Source of the DNA: a virus
Taxonomy: Duplodnaviria; Caudoviricetes
DNA: 42,358 bases
Virus record (IMG/VR): IMGVR_UViG_3300048606_000151
Location: 1 to 42,358 of that record
Strand: one strand, 5' to 3'
Under the pieces are notes generated by a model. It was not told the origin of the DNA. It saw only the letters and a program-made list of their open reading frames with translations, and made no database searches. A program made the translations under genes and the position numbers. The number at the start of each line of letters is the position of its first letter. Position 1 is the first letter of the stretch. Below are positions 18,605-26,685 of the stretch, one piece after another.

Positions 18605-18775
18605 TTACGAGTGCACTGGCGCGCCGAACACTTTCCAGCCGAGCAACAGGAGCAGGATGAAGAGCAGCAGCGTCCCGGCGAAGGGTCGCGGGTTGGACGT
18701 GACGGGCCAGGTGGACCAGAAACCGAAGACCAGCCAGATCAGCATCAGGATCCAATAGACAAGGGCGAAGCTCAT
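18605..18775 (-). CDS. 56-aa two-TM membrane protein, holin candidate (not in ORF track)
   Basis: Hand translation MSFALVYWILMLIWLVFGFWSTWPVTSNPRPFAGTLLLFILLLLLGWKVFGAPVHS; RBS AAGGA upstream. Confidence 0.65.
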   Translation of the reverse strand: MSFALVYWILMLIWLVFGFWSTWPVTSNPRPFAGTLLLFILLLLLGWKVFGAPVHS

Positions 18776-18790
18776 AGTTTTCCTTTCGTG

Positions 18791-19471
18791 TTAGGCGAGT
18801 TTGAAGGGTCCGTGCGCGGAGATTTCGATTTCCGGGGTCGTCCGGTCCCAACTGACATTGATGTGATCCAAAACTCCGTCGGTCGCTTCATCCACTGCCA
18901 CCGTCCCGGAATTTCCCAGCGCGTGGTTGGTCAGCGTGGCCACGTTCAGTTCGGACTGGGCCTTGAAGGTCGCTTCATCGATGTCCCCCGCCGTGCCGTT
19001 GATGCGGGCGTACCCGTTGAGCGTGAAGTTTGGACTGCCTTTGGTGATGTCGATCAGGAGGCAGCACCGATTCCCGGCGGGCGCATCGGCCATGATGTAT
19101 CCGGAAGTCGAAAGCCACACTGCCGCCGCGGTCCATGTGGCCCCGATCATCTTGCCGCTCTCCATCGGGTAGAGCTGATAGAGAGGAGGAGGCCCTGGAA
19201 TGTAAGGCATGGTCGTGCCGGTCGTCTTCATCCCGACGAAGTGGGTCGTGGCGAGGTCGCCCAGGATGTTCGCGCTGCCGGAGGACAGCCCCACCGCAAA
19301 TATGGGGGAGCTGGTCAGCGTGGCGCCGCCATCCCGCATCGATATCCAAAAGGCGATGCGGAGTTTGCTCCAGACTGCGACGCCGTGCGGCCGCGCCCAA
19401 TGCGAGTTGGACATCACGACCCTCTCGTCCTGCACGCCGCCGATCGTTCGTATGAGTGTCGTGGAGGGCAT
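18791..19471 (-). CDS. Tail/receptor-binding-associated beta-rich protein
   Basis: 226 aa, G/T/A-rich, 3 nt after fibre-like gene. Confidence 0.5.
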   Translation of the reverse strand: MPSTTLIRTIGGVQDERVVMSNSHWARPHGVAVWSKLRIAFWISMRDGGATLTSSPIFAVGLSSGSANILGDLATTHFVGMKTTGTTMPYIPGPPPLYQLYPMESGKMIGATWTAAAVWLSTSGYIMADAPAGNRCCLLIDITKGSPNFTLNGYARINGTAGDIDEATFKAQSELNVATLTNHALGNSGTVAVDEATDGVLDHINVSWDRTTPEIEISAHGPFKLA

Positions 19472-19474
19472 GGA

Positions 19475-20575
19475 TTAAACCTGTCTGGCCAGCGAAGTCT
19501 GGAACGCCTGCCACGCCGCCGTGAAGGCGGTGACTTCGGCTCCTGTGAGGCCTTTGCCGATGGTGTAGCCGGCCAGCGTGCGGTCGGTGCTGTTGGCGGC
19601 CGTCCCGAACTGGTTCAAAGCGTGAAAGTAGATGGGGAACGCGGGTCTTACTCCGACGAGCGTGACATTGGACACCAGCGAGGTGCCGGCCCGGTAAAGG
19701 CGGGTCTCGGTGGCGTCCCGAACTCCGATGTAGAGGCCGATGCCCACGGCGTCAGCCGCCGTGCGGTCGGTTCCCCAGGCTGCGAAGTAGGCGGTTCCCG
19801 AGTAATTGCACAGGACGCGGGTGATTTCCGTGCCGCCCACGTTGTGGCAGCCGCACGGGTGACCTGCCTGGGCCGAGGCACTTCGGTTGTAGAACCCGAG
19901 GTGATAATCATTCGCCAGAAGGTTCGTCAGTGGCACGATGCCGGGATCCAGGAACTTGGTGCTGGAAATATTTCCTGTCAGCCCCGTCGCTTCGGTGTAA
20001 TCGCCCGCCACGAAGCCGACGCTCCTCTCGAAGAATGGGTAGCCCGCGTCCTTGATGATGGGCGTCAGGCAAGCCGCAAGGTTGTTCCCAGCGTAGAGAT
20101 TCAGTCGAAGAATCTTGGATCTGATCCCTGCCGCCTTGATCGCCGCGATGAAGGTGACCGCGGCGGCTCGTGTTCCCGCCGAAACCGTGCCGCCGTTTTG
20201 CGGCACGGCAAAGTCAGCCCATGAACCAGCTTCGTCGTTGGGATCTTCGTAAAGCTGGCGATCCACGTACGGGCCAGCGGTCCACGCGCCGCCGTTCAGT
20301 CCGTTGAGCCGGGTGGCGTCCGCGTACCCTTCGAAGTCGTCATACGCCTGAAGTCCCAGGGGCGACGGCCTGTCCACATACGGTCCCGGCCAGCCGGTGC
20401 CACCATTCAGGCCGTGCAGCGCCACCCGATTGGCGTAATCTTCAAACGAATCGTAAGTCGGCAACGTCGGCACCGGGCCCGGTCCGCCGCCCAATCCAAC
20501 CCCGCCGGCAACCGGAATGTCCCGGCCGTCGCTGGGACTGCGGAGCAGTTGGATTTGTGAGGGCGGCTGGCGCAT
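19475..20575 (-). CDS. Tail fibre/receptor-binding protein candidate
   Basis: N-terminal tandem repeat YDxFExYA...LxGLNGG...GPYVDR; lectin-like C-terminal part. Confidence 0.6.
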   Translation of the reverse strand: MRQPPSQIQLLRSPSDGRDIPVAGGVGLGGGPGPVPTLPTYDSFEDYANRVALHGLNGGTGWPGPYVDRPSPLGLQAYDDFEGYADATRLNGLNGGAWTAGPYVDRQLYEDPNDEAGSWADFAVPQNGGTVSAGTRAAAVTFIAAIKAAGIRSKILRLNLYAGNNLAACLTPIIKDAGYPFFERSVGFVAGDYTEATGLTGNISSTKFLDPGIVPLTNLLANDYHLGFYNRSASAQAGHPCGCHNVGGTEITRVLCNYSGTAYFAAWGTDRTAADAVGIGLYIGVRDATETRLYRAGTSLVSNVTLVGVRPAFPIYFHALNQFGTAANSTDRTLAGYTIGKGLTGAEVTAFTAAWQAFQTSLARQV

Positions 20576-20583
20576 AAATCAAA

Positions 20584-21345
20584 TCAGGCGAAGGGATGGG
20601 TTCGTCCCACGCCGGCGTTATAGAGATCGGTGCGCTCCGGAGCGGTGAGGAGGCGTTTCCACAGTCCTGCCTCGTCGATGAGCCCGTCGTGCGATCCTCC
20701 AAATCCCGATTGTCCGAAGAGCAGCGAGGCAATGCCGGCGCGCACTCCGATGCTGTACGAGACTGAGTCCACCGGGCCGTCGTTGATCTGGATATTGAGG
20801 GTGTTTGCGATGGCGTCATGCCAGCACACCACGAAATACCAGGTGTTGACCGCGATGGGATTCAGGCTGGCGCCTGCGACGCTGTTGTAGTTCAACCCGT
20901 CGTCGGAGACAAAGAAGTGCAGAACGTGAGCGGTTTCATTGTAATAAAGAAAATACTCCAGTTCGCCTCCAGCCCACTTCCCAAAAAGATCGTGCGGGGT
21001 GGCCACCTGGTCGAACCACAGCCACAACGCAAAGGTGAAATCGATATCGCCCGTTTGCAGGTCCGCGACGGTGCCTGCATCGAGGTAATTGCCCAGGGAA
21101 GTATCCACCGCGTTGCTGAGGATGCCGGCTGCCGAGCCCGGGCTGCCAACGACGGCTGCATCATTGGTCCCGACCGAGTCGAGGCGCGTCCCGCTGGCTT
21201 CGTCGAGCTTCCAATAGCCGACCAGGTCGGTGAGCAACGGACTGGGTGGCGCTGGAGATATTCCGGCCGACGCGGCTCGCGCCAGCCTCGGCCGCGCCTC
21301 GCCCGGGCTGCTCAAGGATTGAGTTTGCAACGGCGGGGCCAGCAT
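20584..21345 (-). CDS. LamG/concanavalin-A-like domain virion protein
   Basis: LVGYWKLDEASGTRLDSVG...FTFALW...WYFVV...DGLIDEAGLWKRLLT...LYNAG. Confidence 0.85.
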   Translation of the reverse strand: MLAPPLQTQSLSSPGEARPRLARAASAGISPAPPSPLLTDLVGYWKLDEASGTRLDSVGTNDAAVVGSPGSAAGILSNAVDTSLGNYLDAGTVADLQTGDIDFTFALWLWFDQVATPHDLFGKWAGGELEYFLYYNETAHVLHFFVSDDGLNYNSVAGASLNPIAVNTWYFVVCWHDAIANTLNIQINDGPVDSVSYSIGVRAGIASLLFGQSGFGGSHDGLIDEAGLWKRLLTAPERTDLYNAGVGRTHPFA

Positions 21346-21671
21346 TAGAATTCCTTGATCGCCTCGATCACGCTCACACGCGGCGAGCCGGCGGCGGCGA
21401 GGATCGTCACGATGCCGGTGTAGGTGTCGTCGAAGAAGGCGCCACCGCTCCCGTCATCGGCCGCGGTGCAGGCCTTGAGTGGGACATGGAACGAGATCGC
21501 CGAAGCGCCTGCGCCCATCTTGACGAGGACCGCGGCGGTGTTCAGGTTGATGATGCCCCACCACAACCGCTTTTCGTTGGCGGCGAGCGCCGTGCCATCC
21601 AGGACGACAATGACCGGAGCCGAAACGGATTGGGCATCCTGTCCGACGGTTTTAATTGAGTTAGCGCCCAT
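21345..21671 (-). CDS. Small beta-sandwich structural protein
   Basis: ATG 21671; ALAANEKR...IINLNTAAVLVKMGAGAS...YTGIVT. Confidence 0.6.
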   Translation of the reverse strand: MGANSIKTVGQDAQSVSAPVIVVLDGTALAANEKRLWWGIINLNTAAVLVKMGAGASAISFHVPLKACTAADDGSGGAFFDDTYTGIVTILAAAGSPRVSVIEAIKEF

Positions 21672-21888
21672 AATTTTCAAAGGCTGAAGGCTGAAGGCTG
21701 AAGGCTGAAGTGAATGCAGCCGGTGTGGATTGAAGATTTGATTTGCGTGAGAGGTCCGAGGTGATGCCGCAACCGGTCAGCGCCAGGAGGCAGATCACCA
21801 ACCAGAGGGAAATCTCGAACTCGGGCATCGGGCTGAAGGAACCCCTTCCCCTTTTCCCCGCTGCTTCGCTTCTCGGTTTGGTGTTCAT
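21661..21888 (-). CDS. Small putative lipoprotein whose termini are repeat-encoded
   Basis: ATG 21888; lipobox LTGC; N-terminus overlaps an 8-mer array, C-terminus a heptamer array. Confidence 0.45.
   Translation of the reverse strand: MNTKPRSEAAGKRGRGSFSPMPEFEISLWLVICLLALTGCGITSDLSRKSNLQSTPAAFTSAFSLQPSAFENYGR
21680..21710. repeat. Heptamer array C
   Basis: (AAGGCTG)4 AAG, 8 nt from ATG at 21671. Confidence 0.9.
21842..21879. repeat. Degenerate 8-mer array
   Basis: cccctt cccctttt ccccgctg cttcgctt ctcggttt. Confidence 0.55.
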
Positions 21889-21893
21889 GTCAG

Positions 21894-22967
21894 TCAGCAC
21901 ACCGCTTCTCGTGTGCGCACGTTCCACTCCGGCTCCTGCCCCTGTTGCCGTTCCAGTTTGTCGAGTTCGCGGGAGAGAGCCTCCTGCGCGAGGCTCATTT
22001 CGTCCCCTGCCCAATCGTCCTTGGCGTCTTTGCTCAGCATGTCCGCCGCGGCGGCGTGGATCAGCCACTCGGCGAAATTGTAGGGAATCGACACGACCGC
22101 CCATTTGGCCGGCACGGTCACCGGGCTTTCGCCGGCGGCGGTTGGCACGATGCAATCGTAGAAATTGGCCCTGACATTGCCGGCCGCGGACGTCGTGGAG
22201 AAATAGCTCTGTTCGTCCACTGCATAGGCGGCCGTGGCGGAGAAGTTGGCTCCTTTGAGGAACGGCGCGCGCAACCGGTACCGGACCCAGCAGCTCGGCA
22301 CGTTGTCAAAGACCTGGACGCCGTTGGCGGAAAGCCGCCACGAAAGCCGCATGGGAGCCCGATGAATTTCCGGGCTGCGATTCAACACCGCCAGCACGTC
22401 GCCCAGCTTCACCAGGCCGCTTTGCTCGTAAGCCACATACCGATCGAACTCGGTCAGGATTCCAAACTTGGTCGGGTCGAAGGCCGCGCCGCTCGTGTGT
22501 GCCGTGTGAACCTGATAAAACCGCTGGTCGAGAGTCGCGCGCCGAACGATCCGCCCGACCGCATACACCGTGAAGGCTGCCCAATCATCGCCGCTGTAGC
22601 AGGTTTTGCTTTCCGCCCACCACGCGGCGTTCTCCGTCCAGACGCCGGCGGCGAGTGTGGCCGGCGCATTGTTGAGATTGGCCGCCCGCAAACTCTGGTA
22701 ATACTTCTGGGACGCAGCGAAGGAGACTTCAGCGGTGCTCGTCGCCGTCGGCGCGCCGTAAGTAACAGTTCCGTCCCACTCCGTGCGAAACTTGCGTTCC
22801 TCTGTGTCCAACAGGTCCGGCCAGTCCTTCATTTCCCAGGCTGAGCGCAGCCGCGTATTGATGAACCCTTTGAACAGCCCCGCCTCCTGGGCGGAGAGAT
22901 CGGTGTAGATGCGGCCGGTCGCTTCGGTCGCCTTCTGGAGCACGTCGCTGTAATCAACGGTTCGCAT
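21894..22967 (-). CDS. Head-tail adaptor (tail tubular A-like) with carbohydrate-binding-like inserts
   Basis: FINTRLRSAWEMKDWP N-terminus, IPYNFAEWLIHAAAADML C-terminus; internal W-xxx-Y-xxG modules. Confidence 0.65.
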   Translation of the reverse strand: MRTVDYSDVLQKATEATGRIYTDLSAQEAGLFKGFINTRLRSAWEMKDWPDLLDTEERKFRTEWDGTVTYGAPTATSTAEVSFAASQKYYQSLRAANLNNAPATLAAGVWTENAAWWAESKTCYSGDDWAAFTVYAVGRIVRRATLDQRFYQVHTAHTSGAAFDPTKFGILTEFDRYVAYEQSGLVKLGDVLAVLNRSPEIHRAPMRLSWRLSANGVQVFDNVPSCWVRYRLRAPFLKGANFSATAAYAVDEQSYFSTTSAAGNVRANFYDCIVPTAAGESPVTVPAKWAVVSIPYNFAEWLIHAAAADMLSKDAKDDWAGDEMSLAQEALSRELDKLERQQGQEPEWNVRTREAVC

Positions 22968-23276
22968 TCAAGTTTTCCACGGAGCGGCTATGGGATTGTC
23001 ACGGATGAACCGTTTGATGTTGTTCTTGTCATGCCAAAACGTGGCGTCCGTCAGGTACCAGCGCATCCACGTGCGCGCATCCACCACCGCCTGGAGATCC
23101 ATCTCGCTGCCGGGTTTCCGCTCGTAATTCCGGTGTGGCAACGCGGCCCGCGCCATCCTCTGATGCGTGTCGGCGCGCTCGCGTTCCAATCGCTGGGCCA
23201 GGAGTCCGCCGGTCCGCAGTTCCCGCTCGAAACCGGGCGGGATGGTTTTGAACTTCGGCAGGAAAAGGTCGGGCAT
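22968..23276 (-). CDS. Hypothetical phage protein
   Basis: ATG 23276; FWHDKNNIKRFIRDNP; between head and adaptor genes. Confidence 0.6.
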   Translation of the reverse strand: MPDLFLPKFKTIPPGFERELRTGGLLAQRLERERADTHQRMARAALPHRNYERKPGSEMDLQAVVDARTWMRWYLTDATFWHDKNNIKRFIRDNPIAAPWKT

Positions 23277-23280
23277 GAGT

Positions 23281-23724
23281 TCACGCTTGGAAGTTGCGTT
23301 CGGTCTTCCGGCAAATGCTGATCCAGATCCGGAATTCGCCGGCGGTGAGGCTGGCCGGTACTTCTCCCGCGCCGGCGGTGAGATCAAATCCCAGGATGCC
23401 GTTGCTGATCGCGGCCTTGGGCGCCGTGGTGGCCTCTGACGCGTAATAGCGGCTGCCGGCGGCGAGCAGATTGGAATTGCCGAGAAGCGGTCCCGCCACG
23501 GCCCGGACCGCCAGGGCGCCGAGTGCCGACGTCAATCCGGTTACGGGCGTGATGACTTCCAGGAACGCGTCGTTCATCACGAGGTCACCGGTCTTGATCG
23601 GGGTGAGATCCACCTGGCTCGGTTCGTCCGCGAGGGTCTGCGTGATGTCCGCCTTGTAGATCGCGAACACATCGGTGAACCCGGTGGCCAGGCGTTCGTG
23701 ATGATTGAGATGGTAATGTCTCAT
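23281..23724 (-). CDS. Capsid decoration-like protein, paralog 2
   Basis: ATG 23724; aligns end to end with 23892-24335. Confidence 0.65.
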   Translation of the reverse strand: MRHYHLNHHERLATGFTDVFAIYKADITQTLADEPSQVDLTPIKTGDLVMNDAFLEVITPVTGLTSALGALAVRAVAGPLLGNSNLLAAGSRYYASEATTAPKAAISNGILGFDLTAGAGEVPASLTAGEFRIWISICRKTERNFQA

Positions 23725-23745
23725 CTGTTTTCTTGCCGGATGGAA

Positions 23746-23865
23746 GAGGCGCTGGACCCAGCTCGTGAGTCTCATGATCCAGCGCCTCAGCATTTTCAAT
23801 CGTGCGCTCCGTTCCCGAAGTTTCCCGGCTATCACACCGTGCATCCGGGGCTGCGACCGGAGCGC
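23746..23865. other. Two intergenic stem-loops
   Basis: gaggcgctgga/tccagcgcctc (23746-23788) and gcgctccg/cggagcgc (23804-23865); no U-tract. Confidence 0.6.
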
Positions 23866-23891
23866 TATGGTTTAATTCGAGTGTTGAGTCC

Positions 23892-24335
23892 TTAGACCTG
23901 AACGTTCCGTTCCGCTTTGCGGTTGATGGTCGCCCAGATCCAGAACTCCCCTGCTCCCATCGCTGAGAGTGCTTCGGCAGCTCCAGGCACTGCGGTGAAC
24001 AGCAGGTTGACCGCGGCGATGGTCGCATAGGGCGCCACTCCGGCGGCCACGCTGTAAAACTCGTCGCCCGCGGCCAGCAGGTTGCTGGCGGCCACGAGTT
24101 GCGCCACGGCGCTCGTCACGCCCACGGAACCGGTGGCGGTCGCCAGCACGGTCGCGTTGACTTTCACCTCCAATAGGGTGTTGTTCATCACCAGGTCACC
24201 CACGGCCAGGGCTGTGAGCACGATGGATTGCGGGGTGTTGTTCACGGCGGTCGTGAGATCCGCCCGGGTGACAACAAACAGGTCGGTGAACCCGATCCCC
24301 GCCCGCTCTTCGTTTTTGAGTCGATATGCTTTCAT
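23892..24335 (-). CDS. Capsid decoration-like protein, paralog 1
   Basis: 147 aa A/V/T-rich, immediately after major capsid gene. Confidence 0.65.
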   Translation of the reverse strand: MKAYRLKNEERAGIGFTDLFVVTRADLTTAVNNTPQSIVLTALAVGDLVMNNTLLEVKVNATVLATATGSVGVTSAVAQLVAASNLLAAGDEFYSVAAGVAPYATIAAVNLLFTAVPGAAEALSAMGAGEFWIWATINRKAERNVQV

Positions 24336-24368
24336 TTTAGTCTTTAGAATTCAGCCTTCAGCCTTGGC
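24336..24368. repeat. Heptamer array D, fills the whole intergenic gap
   Basis: tttagtc tttagaa ttcagcc ttcagcc ttggc. Confidence 0.85.
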
Positions 24369-25355
24369 CTAGGTATTCTTCCCCAGTCCCTTTGGGTTCT
24401 TGCAGCAGAGCGAATAGATCGTCTTGCAATAGCCGCGTGGGCCGCCGCCGTAATCGGGCAGGTCCACCGAATGGAGGGCTTCCATGAACTGCAGTTCCAG
24501 GAGTTCCATGTTCAGGAAGAGCGCCGCGTTGGGATCGCCGATGCCGTTGGCATCGATCTTCACGAATTGATCCGGGATCAGGTTCGCGATGCCGAAGCTG
24601 CTGTCGAAGACCCGCACCGAGAGGGTGATCTGCCGCTTGTCCGCGTAATCCTGCACCTGATAACGGTTGTTCGTCGCGGACGGCTGCACGCGTGTGAAGT
24701 TATCGACCGTCTCGATGAACTCGACGCCGCCCGGCACTTCGTAGGTTTTCTTCTGGCCATACACCAGGAAGAGACTTTGCAGAATGCCGTTGAACTGCGC
24801 CTCGGTGATGCCGGCGCCCGCGGTGCTGATGTTGCCGGCCGGCGTCAGGAAATCCGCCGGGACCGGTTGCGTGGCTTGCGCGGTCGCCTGCACCCATTTC
24901 ATCAGGCCGCGGGTGACCCAGCCGGTGCTGCCGTTGCCCTGCACCATTTCCTGGTCGCCGCAGACCACGGCTTCCATGTCGCGTTTCATTTCACGCAGAC
25001 ACTTGGCTTTGGCTTCGCCGTAGAGATCACTCGTGCCGGCGACGGCCACGTTCATCTCCACGTCCGTGACCGCAAACGAATCTTCGGCGATCTGGATGTA
25101 ATTCCCGAACCGCTGGCGCTTGCTCGCCTTGTTCGAGAAACTGTTCACGTCCAATCCTTCGGGCGTGCCGGTGGTTCGCGCCGGGCGGAGCGTGTCCGCC
25201 AGCACTTCGACGAGGGTGGCTTTCGGGGCCGGTCCTTTCTTCATCATGGAGGTGACCGGAGTACCTTCCGGTTCGAGGATGGTGAGGACGTCCCTCAAAT
25301 CCTCTCGATTGCCACCCGCCGTGGACGGGCTGGCATAAGTATTTGCGCTTGGCAT
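24369..25355 (-). CDS. Major capsid protein (DUF5309/SU10-like)
   Basis: GNREDLRDVLTILEPEGTP...FGNYIQI...EMKRDMEA...DSSFG; 328 aa after scaffold. Confidence 0.85.
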   Translation of the reverse strand: MPSANTYASPSTAGGNREDLRDVLTILEPEGTPVTSMMKKGPAPKATLVEVLADTLRPARTTGTPEGLDVNSFSNKASKRQRFGNYIQIAEDSFAVTDVEMNVAVAGTSDLYGEAKAKCLREMKRDMEAVVCGDQEMVQGNGSTGWVTRGLMKWVQATAQATQPVPADFLTPAGNISTAGAGITEAQFNGILQSLFLVYGQKKTYEVPGGVEFIETVDNFTRVQPSATNNRYQVQDYADKRQITLSVRVFDSSFGIANLIPDQFVKIDANGIGDPNAALFLNMELLELQFMEALHSVDLPDYGGGPRGYCKTIYSLCCKNPKGLGKNT

Positions 25356-25358
25356 CTG

Positions 25359-26417
25359 TCAAACCTTTCGCTGTAAAGCGAAGCGCCTTGCTAGGTCAGA
25401 AGTCCGGCCTGATTGTTGGAATGTTTCACTGGCTTCCTTCTCTTGTTGAGACGGTTCCGCCTCGGCGCTTCGAGCCGGTGCGGTTCGGGTCGTGGTGGGC
25501 ACCCGGGTGGGAGTGGCGGTGGTCGCTGCGTTCGTGGAGGTGGTCTTCGCCTTTTTGAGCCGCGCGTTTCGTCCGGCCACCATATCGGCCAGGCTGATTC
25601 GCGCGTCGGGCACTTCCTTCAACCAGGGCAGCTTCTCCAACATCAGGTCGATGTTCTGTGAGATTTCGCTCTTGGGATCTTTGAGCTCCGGATACGCCTT
25701 CACGGCTTCCGCGTCCCAATGTTCCCGCGCTTCGGCCACGCCGGCCTGGTGTTGCCGCAACTGTCCGCGTAGATCCCCGATGTCTTCCAGGGCACTCAGC
25801 TTGATCGCGCGCACCTGTTCGGGGGTGTACTGCACCTCGCCCTTGTCATCGTTCAGCGTCGCCCCGTCCGGATTTTCCTCAGCCCAGCGCAACACATCGC
25901 GTTTATGCGTCAACTGCTGTTGCAACTGTTGCTCCCGATGGTTCCACGCCTTGGTTTTGCCGGTCTGCTGTTGCCGGTTCTCGTCCAGCTTGGCAGCCGC
26001 TTCCTCGGCTCGTTTCTCGGCGGCCGCCAGTCGTTCCTCCAGCTTCTTTTGCTGGGCGGTGAACTTGGCGACTCGCTTTTCGTACCACTCGGGTGCGGCC
26101 GGTTCGTCTCCCTCTCCTGGTCCCGCTTCGGCCGTGACTTCGGCCTGGGTTTGCTGCTCTCGCAGCGGGGTGGTTTCTCCCGTCTCTCCCGTCTCCGTCT
26201 GGGTTGTGCCTTCCGGCCCAACCTCTGAAGCATTCAACAATTCAGGCTGCAACTCGGTCGTGGCAACCACCGGCGCTTCTTCCGTGGCTGTTGCTCCCGA
26301 GGCCGGTGTGGAGCCATTCGGCTTCGCACCCGACGGCGTTTTCTTGGACAGTTGCGCCGCTAACTGTGCCACCGTGATCTGCTGCGGCTCGGTGGTGTTG
26401 CCGTTTTGGTTTGGCAT
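25359..26417 (-). CDS. Scaffolding protein
   Basis: Acidic disordered N-terminus, KRVAKFTAQQKKLEE coiled coil, 3 nt before capsid gene. Confidence 0.8.
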   Translation of the reverse strand: MPNQNGNTTEPQQITVAQLAAQLSKKTPSGAKPNGSTPASGATATEEAPVVATTELQPELLNASEVGPEGTTQTETGETGETTPLREQQTQAEVTAEAGPGEGDEPAAPEWYEKRVAKFTAQQKKLEERLAAAEKRAEEAAAKLDENRQQQTGKTKAWNHREQQLQQQLTHKRDVLRWAEENPDGATLNDDKGEVQYTPEQVRAIKLSALEDIGDLRGQLRQHQAGVAEAREHWDAEAVKAYPELKDPKSEISQNIDLMLEKLPWLKEVPDARISLADMVAGRNARLKKAKTTSTNAATTATPTRVPTTTRTAPARSAEAEPSQQEKEASETFQQSGRTSDLARRFALQRKV

Positions 26418-26640
26418 GCGCTTTTCCCCGCAAGAGGGGTTTGTCAGTTTTGATTCCGGGCCCAGAACAGAAAGCCACTCGATGGATGCCAGGCGATTAT
26501 CCCCGCCAGAGGGAGCCAGCTTTTATTCGCCCCGAACTTTTCGGGTGCCGCGTGCAAAAGCAGAAAGCATCTCGCTTATCGGTGGTGAAGGTTCTCCCTG
26601 CAAAAGCTATTTCCGCGAAACCAGTCGAAACCAGTCAGAA
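26418..26640 (-). promoter_or_regulatory. Probable late promoter and structured leader of the head operon
   Basis: Non-coding gap; tandem cgaaaccagt x2 at 26616-26635; GCTTTTGCA twice; several hairpins. Confidence 0.5.
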
Positions 26641-26685
26641 AAGGTCACTTTGACAAACGTCCCGCCTCAGACAATGGTTTCTGTA

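Noticed and set aside
16099-20224. Long plus-strand ORFs (529 aa, 566 aa) and similar antisense ORFs elsewhere
   Set aside because: Shadow frames of high-GC minus-strand genes with no recognisable motifs
13634-21345. Diversity-generating retroelement or invertible tail cassette
   Set aside because: No reverse transcriptase, invertase or TR/VR-like nucleotide duplication seen in the window
24369-24400. Programmed frameshift extending the capsid protein
   Set aside because: No canonical slippery heptamer near the stop codon
26530-26615. Sigma-54 promoter at the TTTTGCA motifs
   Set aside because: GG-N10-GC spacing is not satisfied
25492-26685. 5' extension of the 621-aa plus-strand ORF
   Set aside because: Antisense to scaffold and its leader; the credible gene starts at 26686
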